Shown piece after piece: positions 60,140-64,000 of a stretch of 64,000 bases of DNA. The first letter of the stretch is position 1. Each line of letters opens with the position of its first letter. This stretch comes from Anaeromyxobacteraceae bacterium. GTDB taxonomy: Bacteria; Myxococcota; Myxococcia; Myxococcales; Anaeromyxobacteraceae. The translations under genes and the position numbers were made by a program. The stretch spans positions 928,001 through 992,000 of the forward strand of contig JASGHJ010000002.1 in assembly GCA_047602405.1 (NCBI GenBank), written 5' to 3'. The notes beneath the pieces were generated by a model. That model searched no databases. It was not told the DNA's origin and saw only the letters and a program-made list of their open reading frames with translations.

Positions 60140-61006
60140 TTGAGGACCTCGCGCCGACAGCTCGTCGCGGTGCTCGCGCTCGCCTGCGCGCAGGCCGGGT
60201 GCGCCTCCGACGCGGGGGCGCGCGCGGACGTCGACGCCCTGCGCGCGGAGGTCCGCGCGCTGCGCCGCGAGAACGAGACCCTCTCACGGAAGGTGGAGTC
60301 GCTCGGCGGCCAGGTCGAGGCGATCGCCGCCCGCTCCCGCGCGTCCGCGCAGGAGCCGCCGCCCGCCGCCGCGCCGGCGTCCGGCGCCGCGGCCGCGCCC
60401 GCGATCCCCGAGGGGCTCGCGGTGGTGAAGGTCGCCCCGCCCGCCGCCCCCGCTTCCGGCCCGGCCGCCCCGCGCGCCGCGCCCCGGCGCCGCGGCGCGA
60501 CCCCGCCGCCCGTGTCGACCGCGATCCCAATCCAGGAGCCGGACGCCGAGCGCGTCGACGCCCTCGCGCGCGGCGCGCGCCCGCTCGCCGCCGCCGCCGA
60601 CGCCGAGCTCCGCGCGGCCCGCGCCCAGCGCGGCCTCGACCGCGCCCACGCGCTCGAGGACTTCGCCGGGCGCTACCCGCGCCACCCCTCCGCCGACAAC
60701 GCGCTCGCCGAGGCCGCCGCCGCGTACGCGGCCGGCGGCAGCGACGACGCCGCCTGCGGCCTCGCCCGCAAGATCGCCGACGGCTACCCGGCCGGCGACG
60801 CGGTCCCCGACGCGCTCGAGCGCCTCGCCTGGTGCGAGCAGCGCCGCGGCGCCACCGATCTCGAGCGGCAGCTGCTCACGCGGCTCGTCGCCGAACACCC
60901 CCGCACGCCGGCGGCCCAGCGCGCCGGCGCGCGCCTCTCGGCCCTGTCCGGCGAGGGCGCCCCGGCGCCCGACCCGTCCCAGGCCAGCACAAGGAGCGTC
61001 CCATGA
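60140..61006 (+). CDS. CpoB/YbgF-like lipoprotein (coiled coil + TPR)
   Basis: Lipobox-like AGC, coiled coil, YPRHPSADNA, YPAGDAVPDAL, HPRTPAA. Confidence 0.75.
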   Translation: MRTSRRQLVAVLALACAQAGCASDAGARADVDALRAEVRALRRENETLSRKVESLGGQVEAIAARSRASAQEPPPAAAPASGAAAAPAIPEGLAVVKVAPPAAPASGPAAPRAAPRRRGATPPPVSTAIPIQEPDAERVDALARGARPLAAAADAELRAARAQRGLDRAHALEDFAGRYPRHPSADNALAEAAAAYAAGGSDDAACGLARKIADGYPAGDAVPDALERLAWCEQRRGATDLERQLLTRLVAEHPRTPAAQRAGARLSALSGEGAPAPDPSQASTRSVP

Positions 61007-62220
61007 AGCGCCACCTCCTCTCCGGTCTCCTCGCCGCGACGGCCGCGGTCGCGGTCGCCCAGACCCCGGCCGAGCCGCCCGCGCCGGCGGCCCCCGCGCC
61101 CGCCGAGGCGCCGGCGCCCGACGCCGTGGAGGTCGGCTCCATGAAGATGGAGGAGGGCCGCGGGCCGCTGCCGCCGCCGGACACGTACACGATCCGCCCG
61201 GGCGACACGCTCTGGGACCTCTCCGGCCGCTTCCTCAACAACCCGTGGTACTGGCCGAAGGTCTGGTCCTACAACCCGGAGATCGAGAACCCGCACTGGA
61301 TCTACCCGGGCAACCTCCTGCGCTTCTACCCGTCGGAGGATCAGGCCCCGGTCCGCGTCGAGCCGGTCGCCGGCGCCGAGCCGCAGGCGCCCGCCGCGGA
61401 GGAGCAGGAGTGGACCGAGCCGCCGCCCGAGCTCGAGGACTTCTCGAAGGCGGACATGAAGTCGCCCGAGTCCGAGGAGAGCCGGGACACCGTCGCCGTC
61501 GCGGGCCCGTACAAGATCGGCTACGCCGGCCCGAAGTCGCAGCTCGTCCGGCACGACGCCTTCGTCACCCCGCGCGAGCTCGCCGAGTCGGGCGCCATCC
61601 GCGCCGCCGCCGAGGAGAAGCTCCTCCTCGCCACGCTCGACCGCGCCTACGCCCGGTTCGACCACCAGGCGCCGGTGAAGGTCGGCGAGACCTACGTGGT
61701 CTACAAGACCCTGCGCCCCGTGCGGCACCCCGTGAGCAAGGAGCTGTTCGGCTACCAGACCGTCGTGCTCGGCACCGCGAGGGTCACCGCCATCGACGAC
61801 AAGGCGGCGACGCTCCAGATCCAGCAGGCCTTCGATCCCATCGAGCGCGGCGCGCTCCTCGGGCCGATGACGGAGCGGGCGATCCGCCGCGTCGATCGCC
61901 GCCCCAACGAGCGGCAGCTCGACGGCCACATCATCGGCGGCCAGGTGCCGGTGCTCAGCGCCTTCGGCGAGAACCACGTCGTGTTCCTCGACCGGGGCTC
62001 CGCCGACGGCGTGCAGGAGGGCAACACGTTCAAGGTCATCCGCTCCGGCGACCCCTACGGCACGACCGGGCCGACGTGGGACCCGCGCCTGCCCGTCGAG
62101 AGCGTCGGCGAGCTCCTCGTCGTCGACGTGAAGGAGCGGGCCTGCGCCGCGGTCGTCCTTCGCAGCCTGCGGGAGGTGGTCGTCGGCGACCGCATCGAGA
62201 TGCGGCCGAGCGGCGGCTAG
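61003..62220 (+). CDS. secreted LysM-domain protein (TsaP-like)
   Basis: YTIRPGDTLWDLS..FLNNPWYWPKVW..NPEIENPHWIYPG; next to dprA. Confidence 0.88.
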   Translation: MKRHLLSGLLAATAAVAVAQTPAEPPAPAAPAPAEAPAPDAVEVGSMKMEEGRGPLPPPDTYTIRPGDTLWDLSGRFLNNPWYWPKVWSYNPEIENPHWIYPGNLLRFYPSEDQAPVRVEPVAGAEPQAPAAEEQEWTEPPPELEDFSKADMKSPESEESRDTVAVAGPYKIGYAGPKSQLVRHDAFVTPRELAESGAIRAAAEEKLLLATLDRAYARFDHQAPVKVGETYVVYKTLRPVRHPVSKELFGYQTVVLGTARVTAIDDKAATLQIQQAFDPIERGALLGPMTERAIRRVDRRPNERQLDGHIIGGQVPVLSAFGENHVVFLDRGSADGVQEGNTFKVIRSGDPYGTTGPTWDPRLPVESVGELLVVDVKERACAAVVLRSLREVVVGDRIEMRPSGG

Positions 62221-62270
62221 GGCGCCGAGCACTCCCCTTGCAGTGCACGAGGGCGCCCGAGGGCGCCCTC

Positions 62271-63161
62271 ATGCGTTCCACCCCGACTTCCGCCCGCTTC
62301 GCGCGAGACGCCGCCACCCTCCGGCCCGGGGACGGTCCGTATCCCGTCCGCCTGGTCCGCCTCGCGGACCCTCCGCCGGTGCTCCGCATGCTCGGCGCGC
62401 TCCGGGACGGCCCGGCCGTCGCCATCGTCGGCTCGCGGTCCCCGGATGGCTACGGGCGGGACCTCGCCCGGGAGATCGCCGGCGGGCTCGCCCGGGCCGG
62501 GGTCTCGGTGGTCTCCGGCGGCGCGCTCGGCATCGACGGCGAGGCCCACCGGGGCGCGCTCGAGGCGGGCGGGCACACCGCGGCGGTCCTCGGCACCGGG
62601 ATCGACGTGCCGTACCCGGCGAGCCACCGCGGGCTGTTCGCGGCCATCCTGGAGGCCGGCGGGGCGCTCCTCACCGAGCAGGCCGACGGGACGGAGGCCT
62701 TCCCGGGCAACTTCCCGCGGCGCAACCGGATCGTGGCCGCGCTCGCCGACGCGGTCCTCGTCGTGCAGGCGCGCCCGGGCTCGGGGGCGCTCATCACCTC
62801 GGGCCTCGCGGGCCGCCTCGGCGTGCCGCTCCTCGCCTGCCCGGGCGACGTGCGGGACGACCTCACCGCCGGCCCCCTCGCGCTCCTGCGGGCGGGCGCG
62901 GCCCCGGTGGCGGACGCGGGCGACGTCCTGCGGGTCCTGGGCGTCGCCGCGCCGGAGGCGCCCGCCCAGCTCCCGCTCCCGGCGCTCGGCGGGGAGGAGG
63001 GGGCGCTGCTCGGCGCCCTCTCGAAGAAGCCCCGGCACCTCGACGAGGTCGCCCGGGCCACCGGCCTGTCCGCCGGCGCGGCCCTGGCCGGGCTGCTCGC
63101 GCTCGAGCTCCGGGGGCTCGTGGAGCAGCGACCCGGAGGCCACTTCCTAACGCGCTCGTGA
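62271..63161 (+). CDS. dprA: DNA-processing protein DprA (short form)
   Basis: VAIVGSR, VSGGALGID, FPRRNRIVA, SGALIT, C-terminal winged helix. Confidence 0.92.
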   Translation: MRSTPTSARFARDAATLRPGDGPYPVRLVRLADPPPVLRMLGALRDGPAVAIVGSRSPDGYGRDLAREIAGGLARAGVSVVSGGALGIDGEAHRGALEAGGHTAAVLGTGIDVPYPASHRGLFAAILEAGGALLTEQADGTEAFPGNFPRRNRIVAALADAVLVVQARPGSGALITSGLAGRLGVPLLACPGDVRDDLTAGPLALLRAGAAPVADAGDVLRVLGVAAPEAPAQLPLPALGGEEGALLGALSKKPRHLDEVARATGLSAGAALAGLLALELRGLVEQRPGGHFLTRS

Positions 63162-63179
63162 CGAGGTACTCCGGGGTGA

Positions 63180-64000
63180 ATGCCCAAGGCCGCCCGCACG
63201 CTCGTCGTCGTCGAGTCCCCTTCGAAGGCGAAGACCCTGCAGAAGATCCTGGGGTCCTCGTACGCCGTGCGCGCCTCCTACGGCCACGTGCGAGACCTCC
63301 CCGCGGCCGGCCTCGGCGTCGACCTCGCGAAGGGCTTCCTGCCGATGTGGGTGCAGGTGAAGGGGCAGGGGAAGGTCCTCTCCGAGCTGAAGCGGGCGGC
63401 CCGCGACGCCGAGAAGGTCTTCCTCGCGACCGATCCCGACCGCGAGGGCGAGGCCATCGCCTGGCACCTCTCCGAGGAGATCGGGGTGCCCGGCGGCGAC
63501 GCCCGCGTGCGGCGGGCGCTCCTGCACGAGCTCACGCCCGAGGCGGTGGCGGAGGCGCTCGCGCACCCGCGCGACCTCGACCGCAGGAGCCACGACGCGC
63601 AGCTCGCGCGCCGGGTGCTCGACCGGCTCGTCGGGTTCCAGGTCTCGGAGCTGCTCTGGAAGAAGGTCCGGCGCGGGCTCTCGGCCGGGCGGGTGCAGTC
63701 GGTCGCCGTGCGGCTGGTCGCCGAGCGCGAGGCCGCCATCGAGGCGTTCAGGAAGGAGACCACCTACGCGCTCGAGGTGAAGCTCGAGGCGCCGCGGGGC
63801 GAGGAGCTCCTCGCCATCGTCACCGAGCGCGACGGCGAGCCCCTCGTGCTGAAGGACGCCGGCGAGGCGGCGCTCCTCGCCGAGGAGCTCGGCGCCCAGA
63901 AGTTCCGGGTGGAGGCGATCGAGCGCAAGGAGCGGGTCCGCCCGGCGCCGCCGCCCTACACCACCGCGACCCTGCAGCAGGACGCGGCGGAACGGCTCGG
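63180..64000 (+). CDS. topA: DNA topoisomerase I, N-terminal part (cut by window edge)
   Basis: VVESPSKAK, GHVRDL, ATDPDREGEAIAWH, LDRLVG, SAGRVQS, TTATLQQ. Confidence 0.95.
   Translation, partial: MPKAARTLVVVESPSKAKTLQKILGSSYAVRASYGHVRDLPAAGLGVDLAKGFLPMWVQVKGQGKVLSELKRAARDAEKVFLATDPDREGEAIAWHLSEEIGVPGGDARVRRALLHELTPEAVAEALAHPRDLDRRSHDAQLARRVLDRLVGFQVSELLWKKVRRGLSAGRVQSVAVRLVAEREAAIEAFRKETTYALEVKLEAPRGEELLAIVTERDGEPLVLKDAGEAALLAEELGAQKFRVEAIERKERVRPAPPPYTTATLQQDAAERL

Overview
Very GC-rich Myxococcota chromosome segment whose gene content and order look Anaeromyxobacter-like (inference). The backbone is housekeeping: fabF-rpiB-glyA-nrdR-rib genes-nusB, an MCP-less chemosensory cluster, leuS-lptE, rpsT, mazG, phoH-HD-ybeY-lnt-prfB, pilT, aglZ, pgeF, dprA and topA. 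Best leads: (1) two inverted ~300-bp self-folding repeats with compensatory base changes, interrupted centrally by a complete IS1111-type (IS110 family) element whose downstream non-coding region carries short segments matching its own insertion site; (2) a candidate sigma54-driven multi-hairpin ncRNA at about 50.9-51.14 kb; (3) a sigma54-controlled Tat flavoprotein + multiheme cytochrome + two-component module inside the riboflavin operon; (4) five frameshifts that are each one extra A at an AGATC site, probably a methylation-linked sequencing artefact; (5) a DnaA-box-like cluster upstream of rpsT. Product calls come from motif recognition by eye; no searches were run.
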